From the human T2T-CHM13v2.0 reference genome, Homo sapiens, in NCBI RefSeq assembly GCF_009914755.1, contig NC_060928.1: a DNA stretch of 64,000 bases; one strand, written 5' to 3'. A program made the position numbers and the translations under genes. Positions 26,869-42,579 of this stretch are shown in pieces; the stretch's first letter is position 1; every line of letters begins with the position of its first letter. The notes below the pieces were generated by a model. The model saw nothing but the letters and a program-made list of their open reading frames with translations. It ran no database searches and was not told the DNA's origin.

Positions 26869-28448
26869 ATACAATGCAATGGAATATAATCTAGTGAGGA
26901 ATACTAAGAAATATAAGTCTAATTCTGTCTAATGATTAAAATATTCGTACTGGTTTTCATTCACAAATTCACTGCACTCTGAATTATTGCAGAGTGGTAA
27001 TTATTACCACTCAGGTGGTAAATTACTAGCAGAATTATTTAGATTTTTAAACATTTTTAACGTTAATTTATATATTTTCTTCAGGTAAGACAAGGATCTC
27101 ATGAAAACTCTGTAATTGTGGATTAGGAGTGAGCTTTCTGAAAGAGTCTATCCAGTGTTTCTATGGGAAAGAACCAATTCGGGCACTACACAAAATAGGA
27201 AATTCACATGGGAGTTACAGTGCAGTAAGTTTTGTGGAGGGATTTCGTGTTTGTTTCATTTGTCTGTAAAAGCATGATTCACTGAAAGAGACTCTCCAAG
27301 GACTTTAAGGACTCTAGGGCTTCTGAAGTTCTTCAGAAATATATAACCAAAAGTTTCATTTGGAAAAAAATATGTGATCAGGACAACTCACATGCCCTAT
27401 AGCTTCTATTTATCATCAAAATGTGTTTTAGATACTCCAGAGGATTTTAAAATCTCCTACACATATTCCAGAGATACTCCAGGGTGCCACTGGCTAGAAA
27501 TATAATTGGCAAAATGTCCATAATGCATCCTGCCATCTGGTATGAGCCACCGGCTTATCGTACAGACAGAACACTTGGGACGTCATTGCTCTAGAGATGT
27601 GTAGATGCCTAGAGACCCGCTAGTAGTGGCTGTGTTCCTGGGGATCTTTATAGTTATCTTCCTGCAGCTCAGCATGCTTCAGCTGTGCCTGGTCACAACT
27701 GTAAGAGACAAGGATGCTGAGAAAAGTAGAATGAGAGAAGGGTAGTTGATACTCTCACATGGTTAATGCCCTTTCATTACTAGAGAGACAACTTCCTTAC
27801 TGTGATACTATCTGTTATCTTGGAGAAGGTGTGTTACCAAAGGAAAAGTCTAGAGTTTTACTCTGCAAGCCTTTATTATTAACAACTGTAAAAAAATATT
27901 TAGACTGTGTTATGGAATATATTTTTGGTGACCATTCGTTCAGCAGATAACAGAGCACATCCTCATTCATTATTTGGCATCAGTTTAGGATCAACTAATG
28001 CTTTTATATTCACATGAACATATAGAGAATGTATATTTCACATATACTTATAGATACATGTATAGTAAAAATATACCAAGAAAAACTTAAGCATATTTCA
28101 GGTACAATCAATACAGAAAATCATAAGTATGAGGAAAAATAAAATATTAACCTGACTAATATTATTTTTGCTTAGATACAGAGTAACTGAACAATTAGAG
28201 AGTTTAAGTAGACACTGGATTTTATATCTCATCTAGACAATACTTTTGGTGCTAACTATACGATAATGTTAATTTGTAATAAATAAATGCACCTTAACTG
28301 TAATAGGTATATACTATTTCAACAAGTTTCATATATATATAAAATATTGCTATTGGATATGTACATAGAAACATAATATGTATGCATATATATAATATAT
28401 AAATAATATATATAAGCACATATATGGAAGCACAATATACATTCATCA

Positions 28449-28793
<345 letters not shown>

Positions 28794-29162
28794 TCACTTC
28801 TGAACATTTACGGTAAACTTTTTGACACCTAGTACAGAATGAATTGTATTAAGTGTTGTTAGTAGAGTCAACTGTACATTGCCACTGTCCAAATTATGAA
28901 TTTTTATAAGTTCACTAATATCTTCAGCAAACACATCAGATGTTATAGTTTAATGTGTTCAAACTCCTCCACATATCCTTGACCTGCAGTGATACCAATG
29001 CATATAGCTCAGAATCAAGTTCTCTATATCACTGAGAATAGAGTCTAGGACTTACCCCTATGCCTTCTTCATTTTCTAGTTTCTCAATCCAGGAGGAAAA
29101 CTTATGTACAAGGTTTTTTTTATGTTATGTTGGAATAAAATATTACTTTGTTCTGTGTAGAT

Positions 29163-29527
29163 TTATTAGTTTCCTAGGGCTGCTGTAACAAAATACCACT
29201 GACTAGGCGCCTTAAACAACAGATACATATTTTCTCCTAGTTCTCAAGGCTGGAAGCCCAAGATCAACCTGGTAGGTTTAGTTTTTCCTAAGACCTGTCT
29301 CTTTAGTTTGCAGATGGACACCATTTAGTTGCATCTTCACATGGCCTTTTCTCTGTGATGCACATCCCTGGTATTTCTTCATCTTCCTATAAGAAGATCA
29401 GTTTTAATATTGGATTAGGGCCCCATTCTGAGGACCTTATTTAACCTGTCAACAAATACAGTAGCATTGGGAGTTAGGGCTCCAACTTAAGGATTTGGAG
29501 AGGGAGGTGCATAATACAGTATTAACA
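29163..29527 (-). mobile_element. MLT1A0-like solo LTR
   Basis: tattagtttcctagggctgctgtaacaaatacc...ttggattagggcccca...ttagggctccaac. Confidence 0.82.
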
Positions 29528-31049
29528 GTAAAGTATGACGCTGTCAGTATATTTGAAAGGATATTTTGAAGAACTTTCCTGATCATTACTTCTAACTAAC
29601 TCATCACCAGATTCATTGAAAATGATAAAAGAGTTCCAGATTTCCAGATACTTCTCTAACTACATTTAGTAAGCAGACATTTCCTACACATCACACAGAA
29701 GCTTCCAAAGTTTGTGTAACATACTTGAATATTAATGAAAACTTTATACAAATTTCTGAGGTAGAAGAAGGATGAACATGAGGCCAAGTAATTTAGACAT
29801 TATATGACAATACAGATCTACTTACCGGTTTGCCAACTGAAATACACCCGTAAACTGAAGAACTTGGCAATCAAACTACCTGGATGATTCTGTTTTTTAT
29901 TTAATTTTAATTTTTTTTTCTTGTAATACACCTAGAGAAAGTGTGTGAAAATAGGAAGGCTAGACACTCAGGAGTGAATGTGCTCAGGGTACAAAAGATT
30001 TATCAGAGGAAGCTCAGTTCCCAGCTCCTCTTTTGTCTCATGATTCACTCTCGAGCTCCATAAGAAGATTCTGTGAGCCAACGTGGGTGGGTTTTAGATA
30101 GAACCCTTTTTTCGGTTGCCTCCACGGTGTTTCCAACCTTGGCTGCAATGATAACTTGATAGGCTTTCAGAGCGTGATTACATTGTGGACATTGTCCTGT
30201 TTTTTAGTTTTTAATACAACTTTTAGGTGTAGATATACATTACAACTAAAGTAAATGTGTGTAATCTAGTATAGAAAATGGAAACCAGCTGGCAAAGTAC
30301 TATTTGGAGAGGACAAAAACAAAATTTGAATGAGTATGAGGATACAGAGCTCTGCTAGCCAGCTTCCCTCCTACTTCATTCCATGTCAGCTGTAGGTGAC
30401 AACTACTGGGCTTCCTGAATAACAAAGAAGGTATCTGATTCAAATATCAATATTCCTACATTATATTTATAAAAAATCAATTTGATTTTCTTCAATAAGT
30501 GAGGACTTTATCATCCACAGAAGGATAATCTCTTATTTTACATGATAGATTTTACAAATCTCTATTTGCATGATAGAGAGTTACAAATGTTATCCACATA
30601 ATTTTTCTAGTCATTTTTATTTCATCTTCTTGAATAACTGCAGAATTAATTTAATGATGATGTTCTGTAATAATTTCTTGAACATCTGAAAATACCATTC
30701 TCACTCTTTAGAAACTCATTTTCATCTTTCTTCCCTTTTCTTAAAATACTTTTAGTTCTTTCAGTTTCAGAATACAGGCTAGAAGTGTAGGCATTCTAAC
30801 ATTGCCTTCTCTGTTCCTTCAATTATTTCGTTAGTGCTCTCATTCTTTGCGTTGGTAAACAGTTGGCAAACTTTGGACTGTGCTACACTTTTGGTTAATA
30901 TTTTATATAATGTCATTCAAAAGAATCATGGGATATGTATAGTCTCCTTGTACATGGTAACAAGAAGTTGTCTTTCCCATCTATGAACCAAGCATCCCAA
31001 CATAGCTCTAGTGCCAAGATGAAAATGTCATTAAGAAATATTGTTTAAT

Positions 31050-31350
<301 letters not shown>

Positions 31351-32897
31351 TCAATACTTCTGTCAAAATTCACTTTCTCTTTAAGTTTTATTTTTTATCA
31401 TACAATACATACGTACACCCTTTGAAAAGAACATAACTGTTTATTATATGATCTTTTTCTTTAAAATACAAAATGGAAGCAACTATTTTGTGTTTGATTC
31501 AACACAACAATTAAAAAGTTTGTCCACTTATACACAAAGACCATGTTCTTTTCTCCCTTTGTAAAATCAGGGTTGTAGTTTATCTGCTCAGTAGCATGAC
31601 TGATCCTTTTTTACTGTGTTCTCATCTGAGTGAATAAATCAGGACATAGCTACCACCTCCAAATGTTCAATCTGACCCTACAATTAGCTTTCCACTGATT
31701 CTGGTTCCTGATTACCAGTACAAACCTCTACTTTGAGCTATCCCATAATTAGTCAGACAATACGATGTCATGTGCAAAAATATCCTGGCTGGTGTAACAT
31801 TTGCTAAGCACTCATCTGTCACATCCCCTGGATGAATTTCGTGCCCTTGCTTAGTTAAGAGGCTCACCAGCTCTACTTCCCATTACATTGACACTAATGT
31901 GGCATCTGAAATTTGAACACAGCAATTAAATGTTTTTGAGCTTTTCTTAAATGACACCTGGCCAAATCCTACACACAAAATTTTTGACTAGTTTTTCTTA
32001 AGTATGAAAAAAATTTCCCAAATGTTACATGGTTCTAAAGGTGGTACAAACCATATACATTAAATGTTGATTTTATTACAAAAAATGAGGAGCACTGAAT
32101 TGAAACTGAAATTTTCAATCAACTCAGAAAAAAATGTAATTTTGTATTACTTGTTTTTATTTATATATGATATTATTATGTCTTCACTTATCTGTAACTT
32201 TCTAAAAGTATTTTTCAACTTGGATTTCAATATTTGCCTTATGTCTTAACAGTATTCAACCTGTATATTTGTAAGAACTGTAGTCTCCATATTTGATCTC
32301 TTGGTAATATATATATAATTGAGGGGGCAATTATTAGAGCTATAAGAATTCAAAGGAAGTCCATTATGCTTTTCTAATCAAGATAAAGAATAATAGGCAT
32401 TTTTATGAATTAGCACTACTAACTACTTCCCTCAATAAATTCATTTCAGACTGAGTAGTATCTCAAGTTTACAGGTTACAGGGCTTAGTGCAGGTACTTA
32501 AAATACTAGTAAACATAATTTAATAAGAGCCCTTATTTAATTATTTTTTCCATTTATTTATTTAAATATTATAGTCTAAAATAAATATAAGTAATATTTT
32601 TGTAGTCAATTGCTTTTTGACCAAAGAACTGAGAAAATTACAAGGAAAAAAGAAAATCTCTTAAATAATTGATATAGAAACAAGGGAATATTTAGGGAAC
32701 AACAACAAAAGAAAAATTTTTACCACTATGTCACAACATACACAAAAATTAATTCAAGACAGGTCATGGACTTAACTATTAGGGCTAAAATTATATGAAG
32801 TGTGTGCAAACATAATTTGCTGTTTTTGTATTGTTGGAATTTGTGTTTGATATTGGAATACATTCTTAAATAAATGCAATTATGTTATACATCATTT

Positions 32898-33204
32898 ATT
32901 TTATTTTTAATTTTTATTTTTTGAGTCAGAGTCTCACTGTGTCACCCAGGCTGGAGTGCAGTGGTATGATCTTGGCTCACCGCAACTTCCGTCTTCGAGG
33001 CTCCAGCGATTCTCCTGTCTCAGCCTCCTGAATAGCTGGGATTACAGGCCCATGCACCACCATACCCGCTAATTTTTGTATTATCAGTAGAGACGGGGTT
33101 TCGTCATGTTGGCCAGGTTGGTCTCAAACTCCTAAACTTAAGTGATCTGCCTGCCTCTGCTTCCCAAAGTGCTAGGATTACAGGCATGAGCCACCACACC
33201 AGCC
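32898..33204 (-). mobile_element. AluS inserted in the HSMAR1 5' region
   Basis: Reverse Alu; TSD tgttatacatcattt / tgttacacattattt. Confidence 0.95.
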
Positions 33205-33294
33205 TGTTACACATTATTTTAAGGGGCATTTCTCATTTTATGTTTTTTGCAAATGACTTATTACTTGCTGTTTATATTATGTTTATTTTAGACT

Positions 33295-34325
33295 ATGGAA
33301 ATGATGTTAGACAAAAAGCAAATTCAAGCCTTTTTTTTTAAATTTGAGTTCAAAATAGTTCGTAAAGCAGCAGAGACAACTCGTAAAATCAACAATGCAT
33401 TTGGCTCAAGAACTGCTAATAAATATACATATACAGTGCAGTGGTGGTTCAAGAAGTTTTGCAAAGGAGATGAGAGATTTGAAGATGAGTGTAGTGGCCA
33501 GTTGTCAGAAGACAATGACCGGTTGAGAGCAATCATCAAAGCTGATCCTCTTACAACTATGCTGGAAGATGCCAAGAACTCAACATTGACCATTCTTCAG
33601 TCATTCGGCATTCAAAGCAAATTGGAAAAGTGAGAAAGCTCAATAAGTGGGTGCCTCCTGAGCTAGGTGAAAATAAAAAAAATCATCATTTTGAAGTGTT
33701 GTCTTCTGTTATTCTACACAACAACAATGAATCATTTCTCGATCCGATTGTGATGTGTGACAAAAAGTGGATTTTAAAAGACAACCAACGACAACCAGCT
33801 CAGTGGTTGGACTGAGAAGAAGCTTCAAGTCATTTCCCAAAGCCAAACTTGCACAAAAAAATGGATGGTCACTGTTGGGTGGTCTGCTGCCATTCTCTTC
33901 CTCTGAAGCTTTCTGAATCCCAGCGAAAGCATTACATCTGAGATGTATGCTCAGCAAATGAATGAAATGCAATGAAAACTGCAACGCCTACAGCCGGCAT
34001 CGGTCAACAGAAAAGGGCCCAATTCTTCTCCACAACAATGCCCGATCACACATCACACAATCAACACTTCAAAAGTTGAACGAATTGGGCTAGAAATTTT
34101 GCCTCAGCTGCCACATTACCTGACCTGTCGCCCACCAACCACCACTTCTAGCATCTCACCAGTTTTTTTCAGGGAAAACACTTCCACAACCAGCAAGATG
34201 CACAAAATGCTTTCCAACAGTTCGTTGAATTCCAAGGCACAGACTTTTATGCTACAGGAATAAACAAACTTATTTCTTGTTGGCAAAAATGTGTTAATTG
34301 CCATGGTTCATAATTTGAATAATAA
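33295..34325 (+). pseudogene. HSMAR1 transposase pseudogene (stops and frameshifts)
   Basis: MEMMLDKKQI...TVQWWFKKFCKGDE; WVPPEL; CDKKW; the later catalytic motifs read HNN and PDLSPTN. Confidence 0.93.
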
Positions 34326-36237
34326 AGATGTTTTTGAGCCTAGTTATAATGATTTAAAATTCACGGTCTGAAACCACAATTACTTTTACACCAACCTAAT
34401 AATACAGATAGAGAAAAAAATAGAAGTAAGTTTTCATGATTTTGAATTAATCTATGGTGTTTCAAACTGAATAAAATATTAAATATAAAAATCATAAATT
34501 CAAACTTTATCAACATAAGAAACTTTGTCAAAGAAAATTATTAAGAAAATGATAATCTAAATTACAGATTTGGAGAAAATACAACTTGTAACCAGAACAT
34601 GTAAATAACTCTTACAAATCAATAATAAAAAGACAAACAACCCAGCCTAAAAGAAAAAGGGGAAATTCTTTAAAAATATATTCACAATAGAAGATAAAAA
34701 ATGGCCAAGAATTGCCTTAAAAGATGCTCATTATCAGGAATCATAAGAAAAATGCATATTAAAATCACAGTGTGACAACCCTTTAACAAACCAAGATGGC
34801 TAAAATAAAAGAGTGAACATTTCAAATGTCAGTGAGGATATTGGACAATAGAAATAATGGCATATTGCTAGTGAAGTATCATATTATGTAACATTTTAGA
34901 AAAGTTTATGTTATTCCTTATGAAGTTAACCTTTTATCTAGCAATTCTACATTTAGTTATTTATCCAACAGAAATCAAAACTTATGTCCACAAAAAGACT
35001 TTTGTGTAATTAATCATAGCAGATTTATTCATAATAGGTCCCAACTATAGTCAAAAAAGGGATACTGCTCAGCAAAAATTAATGCACAAATAATCTTTAA
35101 AATAACTGATGAATATCAAAAACACTATATTGAGAAAAAAAGTCAAACACAAAAGAGCACATACTATATGATTTCACTTTTATGAATTATAAGTAGGTAA
35201 AAGTAAATTATGGTGGCATAAATTAGAAAAGTATTTGTATGAAGGAAAGGGTTTGGACAGGAGCATGAAATAACTTTCTAAAGTGATAAAAATTTAAACA
35301 TAGATTGAGGTCTTGCTCATCTAGGTGTACATATTTGTTAAAACTCATTAAACTCAGAGTTAAAAATTTGCATTTAATTCCATGTAACTCTTGTTTTGTG
35401 TAACTCTTGTTATATGTAAATATTAATTTAATTAAAATAATCTTACTATGCTAATAAACAGAATGAAGAAAAAGACTATATAAATTCCAATAGGCTTAGA
35501 AATACAATCATAGAAGCAACATATATTCTTGGATTTAGTTTCTAGTATTTTCTCTATCTGCATAATAAAAAAAACAAATTTTTCTGAGTATCAGAATATT
35601 CATGTAAAACACACTACTATAATGGCCAATACACAGTAACTTAAATATCATTGTCACATATTATCAATTCATAATGAAATAACTTGAGCTCGATTTGCAT
35701 TTATTACATTAAAAACAGTTTTATCCAAAAGCTAAAAAAATATAAAAAGTAAAATGTAAGATATCTGAGTATCGCCATTTGGCATACTGTAAAAATATGA
35801 TGATCTATCAGCAAAATTATGACACGCTTTGTGCAAAAATTATATCATTATTACCAGAATCATCACGAGAAAAAAATAACAAATAATGATTGACTGTGTA
35901 TGTGTCTTGGTACAGGAGGATCTGATAGCTTCAAAGGATGCTTTATCTTCAATAATAATTTTTAAGGATTTAATGTAAATATCAGAAGATCTGAACCAGA
36001 CACAGCTGAGCAAAAAAATTAAAGTGACATTATGACTTGCTTTTTCTCTCTTTCAGTAATTATAGTTGTAGGTTTACATTAGACTAAAATATTTGGTTAA
36101 GGCAATTTTCTTTTTCACAATGATTTTAATGAAAAATCAATTGCTTTGTTAGAAGGCAAAATTCTGCTTGATTGCACTACTTACTCCTCTTTGTAAACAA
36201 TTGCTGTAAAAGAAAATCCCATCAATTTGCTTTTGCA

Positions 36238-36311
36238 TAAAATCTCTTTCCTGTTCTTTAATCTCACATGTGTGTAAAATCTCTTTCCAGTTCTTTAATT
36301 CCACATGTGTG
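36238..36311. repeat. 2 x 37-bp tandem duplication
   Basis: taaaatctctttcctgttctttaatctcacatgtgtg followed by a copy with 3 mismatches. Confidence 0.9.
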
Positions 36312-37739
36312 AAGAGAAAGATAAATCTTGGATATCTCCTAGTTACATGACTATGCTACTAGATAAACTTGACAAAGAAGATAATTTTAGCAAGGGAACT
36401 AGCTATGCATTTTATGTACTAATAGAATAAAAAGTTCCAGTGTTAAGTTTAACTTTTTACTTTTACTGTGCTCTGTAGCTGTGTGTCACATGTGATTATA
36501 AGGCCTTTCTTCCCTCAAGTAACAATTCCCTGGAGAAAATATGCTCCTAGCATAGCAAACATGGTAGGTACTAAATAAATGTTTATTGACTAAATGAGTG
36601 AATAAGCACATGTACCAGTCTAGGATTACCTATGTTACATTAATCTTAGGTTACATATATATTACATACAATATTTGTAATGACATTATTTTTCTTGATG
36701 AATTCCTACTATGGATAAATTACCATTTCTCTCTCTAGTATGCAACATTATATTTAAAGATCAATGATATTCACTAATAACTTTATCATGTGCTAAATTT
36801 CCCAGTGTCCTGCCATGTCTCTCTGGAACGTTTACTCTGGGCTATCGATTAGTCTATTACATAAGTGTCATGACCTTAATACTTTAATTCCAAAATTGAG
36901 GGACAAAAAAATATGCTGCTATTCTTTCTTTGTTTTGGTTTGGTTTTGTTGGTTCTTGTGCTTCCTAGACTGGATCTTCCCCAAATTCTATTTTTCTAAT
37001 TAAAATGTATAAATCAATCTGACAAAAATTGACCTCTTCACAACATTTAATTGTTTATTCAGGAACATGATACTTCTTTCCATTTACTCAAGACTCTCAA
37101 ATAATTTAATAAAACTCTATAATTTGAATTATTTGGTCATATCTATTTTTAAATAAGTGTTCATTAATTCATACTTTGGTTGCTGTAACGAATAATTTTT
37201 ATACAACATATTTTTAATTAAAAAAATCTTTGATTTATGCATATACTTTTGGTTTTGAAAATACATTACTGTGGTCAAGAGAACTTCTTGCATCAGACTT
37301 TCTAAATTTAAAACAAATCTTTCCTTCTTTCTGTTTAGGCATTATTAGACAAGTTACTTCCCTTGTTTTGTTTCTTAGGGTGAAACATTTTTGGTTGTGC
37401 ACAAAGTGTGGAATGAAAGTCCACATTTTCTAGCCTTATTTCTGATTGGCTTAATCAAAGAGATATGCATCAAATTATCTGAGTAATACTTTTGCAAGGA
37501 GTCCTATTCTGCTGGCAGAAACATCTTTGCACTTTTCCTCCTTTCCCCACCAAGGATGTAGGAATGATATCAGGACTCCTGTGCCAATACTGTAATGGAA
37601 GACCCTTGCTAAGTATATAGAAAAATTGAAGCTTGGTCCATCCATAAGTTCACGGACCCACCAGACAAACCCAAAGGTACCCTCAGCCTGACTTATTTTA
37701 TATTCCATGAAACAATATCTTTTCTGAAAAAATTGTTAT

Positions 37740-37880
37740 TCACTTACTAGTTGTAAGCAGAATTCATAACGGTTGACATTGTACACAGTATTTGTGAAAA
37801 TTAAATGAATTAATACATGCAAACTTATCAAAGTAGTGTCTTACATACAGTATTACCTCCATGAATGTTAACTTTTATTA
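37740..37880 (+). mobile_element. MIR fragment
   Basis: gtgaaaattaaatgaattaatacatgcaaac...atgaatgttaact. Confidence 0.5.
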
Positions 37881-38190
37881 TCAGGCCAAATGTTGTAAAT
37901 GTATCCTTTAAACAATATAGTAATCTTATTGTTGATTTTTATCATCATTGAATAACTTGAACATTCATCGTAATAAATATATAACTTGATAATAATGAAG
38001 AGATATCCTGTTTCTAACCAAAATCAACAGCTTTTTATTCCTTCTTAATAGCATTGGGTAAAATTCCCAAAAAAATAAACAAATCAATGTGTTTATAACA
38101 AATATGCTTATATTATTGATGATATTAGGGCTTTTTACATTTCTTTATTCATGAGCTTTGTGCTATTTCTGATAAGTAATCATCATATTA

Positions 38191-38518
<328 letters not shown>

Positions 38519-38639
38519 GAATTCAGAGTTACTCCTATCATGAAATTTGGGTTTCATTTTGTTGTGGCTATAGTTCTGGGTATTTTTTTTCTTGCCATAA
38601 TCAAAGTGGATTTAGAAGTTCCTCTTTCATAGTTATTAA

Positions 38640-38850
38640 CAGGCTTTGCAACCTGGGTTGGCCTCTTAAAAGTTTTGTGACCTTGGAAAATTGTGGAATC
38701 TTACTAAGCCTCACTATCTAATTTACAAATGGGGATTACTTATCTCGTACGATTGGTATAAAGATTAGGTGAGTTAATGCACATAAAGCCATACAACAGT
38801 GCCTGGCATGGAGTGAGAGCTATATAGGAGTTACTTTCATGAGGATGATA
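38640..38850 (+). mobile_element. MIR
   Basis: tgtgaccttggaaa...aagcctca...aaatgggga...aacagtgcctggcat. Confidence 0.75.
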
Positions 38851-39997
38851 ATGAAGATGATTGACAAGCTCATAGTATATGATGTTCTCATGTCACACTT
38901 CTTTTTATTCCAAATAAGAAATAAATTCAGAACCAAGGAAAACTAATTCTAATTAGAATTTGTATGACTTATTCATATATGAGATTGATACACTATTGTG
39001 TTTTTGAAGATTTGTAATACAAAATTTGTATCAAATAAAATAAATTGAGCATACTTTCATAAGTTCCTTATGACTTTGGGGGAGTTTAAATAATATGAGA
39101 ATTATCTCTTACTATTAGCTATGATGGAACAGATATATAAACCGTCTGTTCCTCACGCTATCATTGGATGAAGCCCTTTTCAATATATTTAAAAGTTATT
39201 CATTTAATTATACATTCTACATGCTCTGTAGAAAAGGTTGATACTTGTGAATGTTAAAATACAAATGACTAAATATAATTATTAAATAGTATGTAAATAT
39301 TATATTCTTGCATATTTATTTTAGCATATACACATATTTTAGAAACATATGTTCTATCTATTTGATATATACATATATGAAATACATATATGTTTTTAAT
39401 ATCTGCTATTCATAGTTGGTTTGTACTTCTTTTCTAGTTTCTATTGTGTTTCAATATTTGATAAATTTTTTTCAAATTTATTTTTAATACTTCTTCAATT
39501 TTTTGGGAACGTAGAAATTCATTAATTTATAGTTTCAAAGGAATTGGCATAAAGTTTGCATAGAAGCATGTATATATTTATATAAAACATGAATACTGAT
39601 ATATATGTAACTGTTATATTCTTTTTTAGTATATAATTTTAGAATCTATTTCCTTCTATTGTAAACATATAGCCCATCAATTTTCTCCTCAGCACTCTTT
39701 GGTTATATGCCATGAATTGTTTATATAGTGTGCACATGGACCTACCTTTCTATAAAGAACTCTAACCTCAATTTTGATTTCCTCTTTGACATAATGTTTA
39801 GTAGTTGGAGTCTAATTCCGGAGTGCTCAAATTATCAAGCAATTCTTGTATTATTTTCTATTGTTATTTCTGTTTATTCTGAGAATACACGCCATATAAT
39901 TTCAATTTTTGCAAAGTATTGACATTTTTTATGTGGTATGTGATCACTTATGTAATTGGCAGATGGATCTTGAAAAACATCTGTTCTTGGCTTTTAA

Positions 39998-40958
39998 TTT
40001 TTTACTTTTTTCAAATTTTGTTTTAGAATTACGGGGTATATATATGAAAGATTATTACAAAGGTATATCGTGTGATGCCGAGATTTAGGGTATAATTGAA
40101 CTCATCACCCATATAGTGAGTATAGTACCCAGTGAATATTTTTTCAATCCTTTTACCCCTCATTCTCTCCTCCCTCCAGTAGTCCCCAATGTCTACTTTT
40201 CCCATCTTTATGTCCATGTATATCCAATGTTTCATTCTCACATATCACTGAGGGTATGCAGTATTTGATTTTCTGTTTCTGGATTAGCTCACTTAAAATA
40301 ATGGCCTCCAGCTGCATCCATATTGCTCCAAAAGATATGACTTCCTTCCTTTTTATGGCTGCATAATATTCTACAGTGTATATGTCCCACTTTTTAAAAT
40401 CCAATCAACCAGTGATAGGCACCTAGGTTGATTTCAAGGTTTAGCTATTGTGAATAGTGTTGCAGTGCACCTATGGGTTGGAGAAAATTTCACAAACTTC
40501 GCATTCAACAAAGGTCTAATATCCAGTATCTACAAGAACTTAAATAAACTAATAAGCAAAAAGGCAATAGCCCCCATTAAAAAGTGAGCAATGGACATGA
40601 TCACTTCTCAATAGAAGACATACAAGGGGCCAACAAACATATTTTTAAAAAGCTCATCATCACTAATCATCAGAGAAGTGCAAATCAAAACCACAATGAG
40701 ATACCATCTCACATCAGTCAGAATGCCTTTTGTTAAGAAGTCACACACAAAAATAACAGATACTGGTGAGGCTGCAGAGAAAATGCAACACCGATACACC
40801 GTTGGTGGGAGTGTAAGTTGGCTTAGCCTCTGTGGAGAGCAGTTTGGAGATTCCTCAAAGAACTAAGAGTTGAACTACCATTCAACCCAACAATCCTATT
40901 ACTAATTATATACCCCCAAAAAATAAATCATTCTACCAAAAGGACTCATGCACTCATA
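39998..40958 (-). mobile_element. L1 (L1PA15/16- or L1PB-like) with 5' inversion (twin priming)
   Basis: 3' end on minus strand to about 40474, then plus-strand L1 to 40958; shared TSD tgttcttggcttttaa (39982-39997 / 40959-40974). Confidence 0.9.
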
Positions 40959-42151
40959 TGTTCTTGGCTTTTAAAGATTCAAAATACAAATATTTATATT
41001 TGTATTTTGGGGTTTATGCTCAGAACACAGAGAAATAACAATAGAAAATAACACAAGAAGTTGCTTAATAAGTTGATATTACAACTCTATATCTTTCTAT
41101 TAGTTACAATATACATAGAGAGAGAAACAGAGCTACTGTTTAGATCTGCATAGAAATAATAAAGTATAGCCTCAAATAAAATACTGTAACCTTTTAAAGG
41201 AAACCACTCATAAACTATAAACAGAATGCAGGGTTTTAAAACTTTTGAATGGAGAAAAAACTTGATACAATTTACTTAAACAATATTATTCTTATTTTTA
41301 AGTATATTAATAATGCAGACTCAGAGCAGAGTGCTGTATTTAGGAGACAATAGCACATAATTCAGCCTAAATTTCTATAACTAGAAAAGGGATTATGAGA
41401 GCCATTCGATCCCTTCTTGGGGAAAATAGTGATGGTAATCAACAGGCAATGAAAACAGCATTTGGTTTTCATCATTGATTGAATAGGTATTGATATCAAT
41501 GCAGGATGGAAAACAAAACAATTTTCCAAAACAAACTAAACACAAGAGGTCATATAAAATAATCAGCCTCTTTCAGTCAGTGTTGACAACAGTATGGTTA
41601 GTAAAATGTACTTTGATACAATTCTGAATTTTGGGGTGAGCAATGAAATTAATATGATACTATTGGGATTGTACCTTCAATGGTAAATATATGGTGATAC
41701 TATAGTTAGACTTAACTAAGAAATATTTAAGTATAATAGCAAAAAGTAATATCATCTGAAACACAAAGTAATTGATATCATTTGGACTATATCTCACATT
41801 CCTAATGGAAAAAATACACAGAGACTAGATATAATATTTCTTACACTCCTATAAATTGAAACTCTCAAGTTCAGTCGATAGCTGTATACTTCCACCTGTA
41901 GTCAGCATATAGCCTGCCCCAGGACGTGACTGGATTGCAATCTTTTCTTTGTATGGCTGACATCTCTAAAGAATCAGTTCCAAATGTGCTATTCCTAGAT
42001 ATAGCCACTAGAACCATAACATACCCTATCTCAACATTTTTGTATTTATATGGAGTTATGCAAATTATGGCAGCAGATCATTCATCCCAAGAAAAGCAGT
42101 CAATCAAATAAGTGTGTGCTTCTGAGCAAGGGTTTTGAGAACAGTGAGTTA

Positions 42152-42579
<428 letters not shown>

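Larger units (their letters stand above)
32796..34399 (+). mobile_element. HSMAR1 mariner DNA transposon, full length, inactive
   Basis: Both TIRs present (right: ccacaattacttttacaccaacctaa), TA flanks, transposase remnants. Confidence 0.96.
32580..35440 (+). mobile_element. Old L1M (MC/MD/ME-like) 3' part, interrupted by HSMAR1
   Basis: L1 ORF2 motifs (catacacaaaaattaattcaaga; aaaagatgctca; cttatgtccacaaaaagact) lie on both sides of the mariner. Confidence 0.75.

Noticed and set aside
27075-27095. Isolated splice-donor-like caggtaag (similar ones near 54152 and 63068)
   Set aside because: Such motifs are expected by chance in 64 kb and have no convincing paired acceptor or coding frame.
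33295-33633. Active transposase or SETMAR exon
   Set aside because: There are frameshifts and stops, mutated catalytic residues, no SET-domain exon, and both TIRs are present as in an ordinary HSMAR1 copy.
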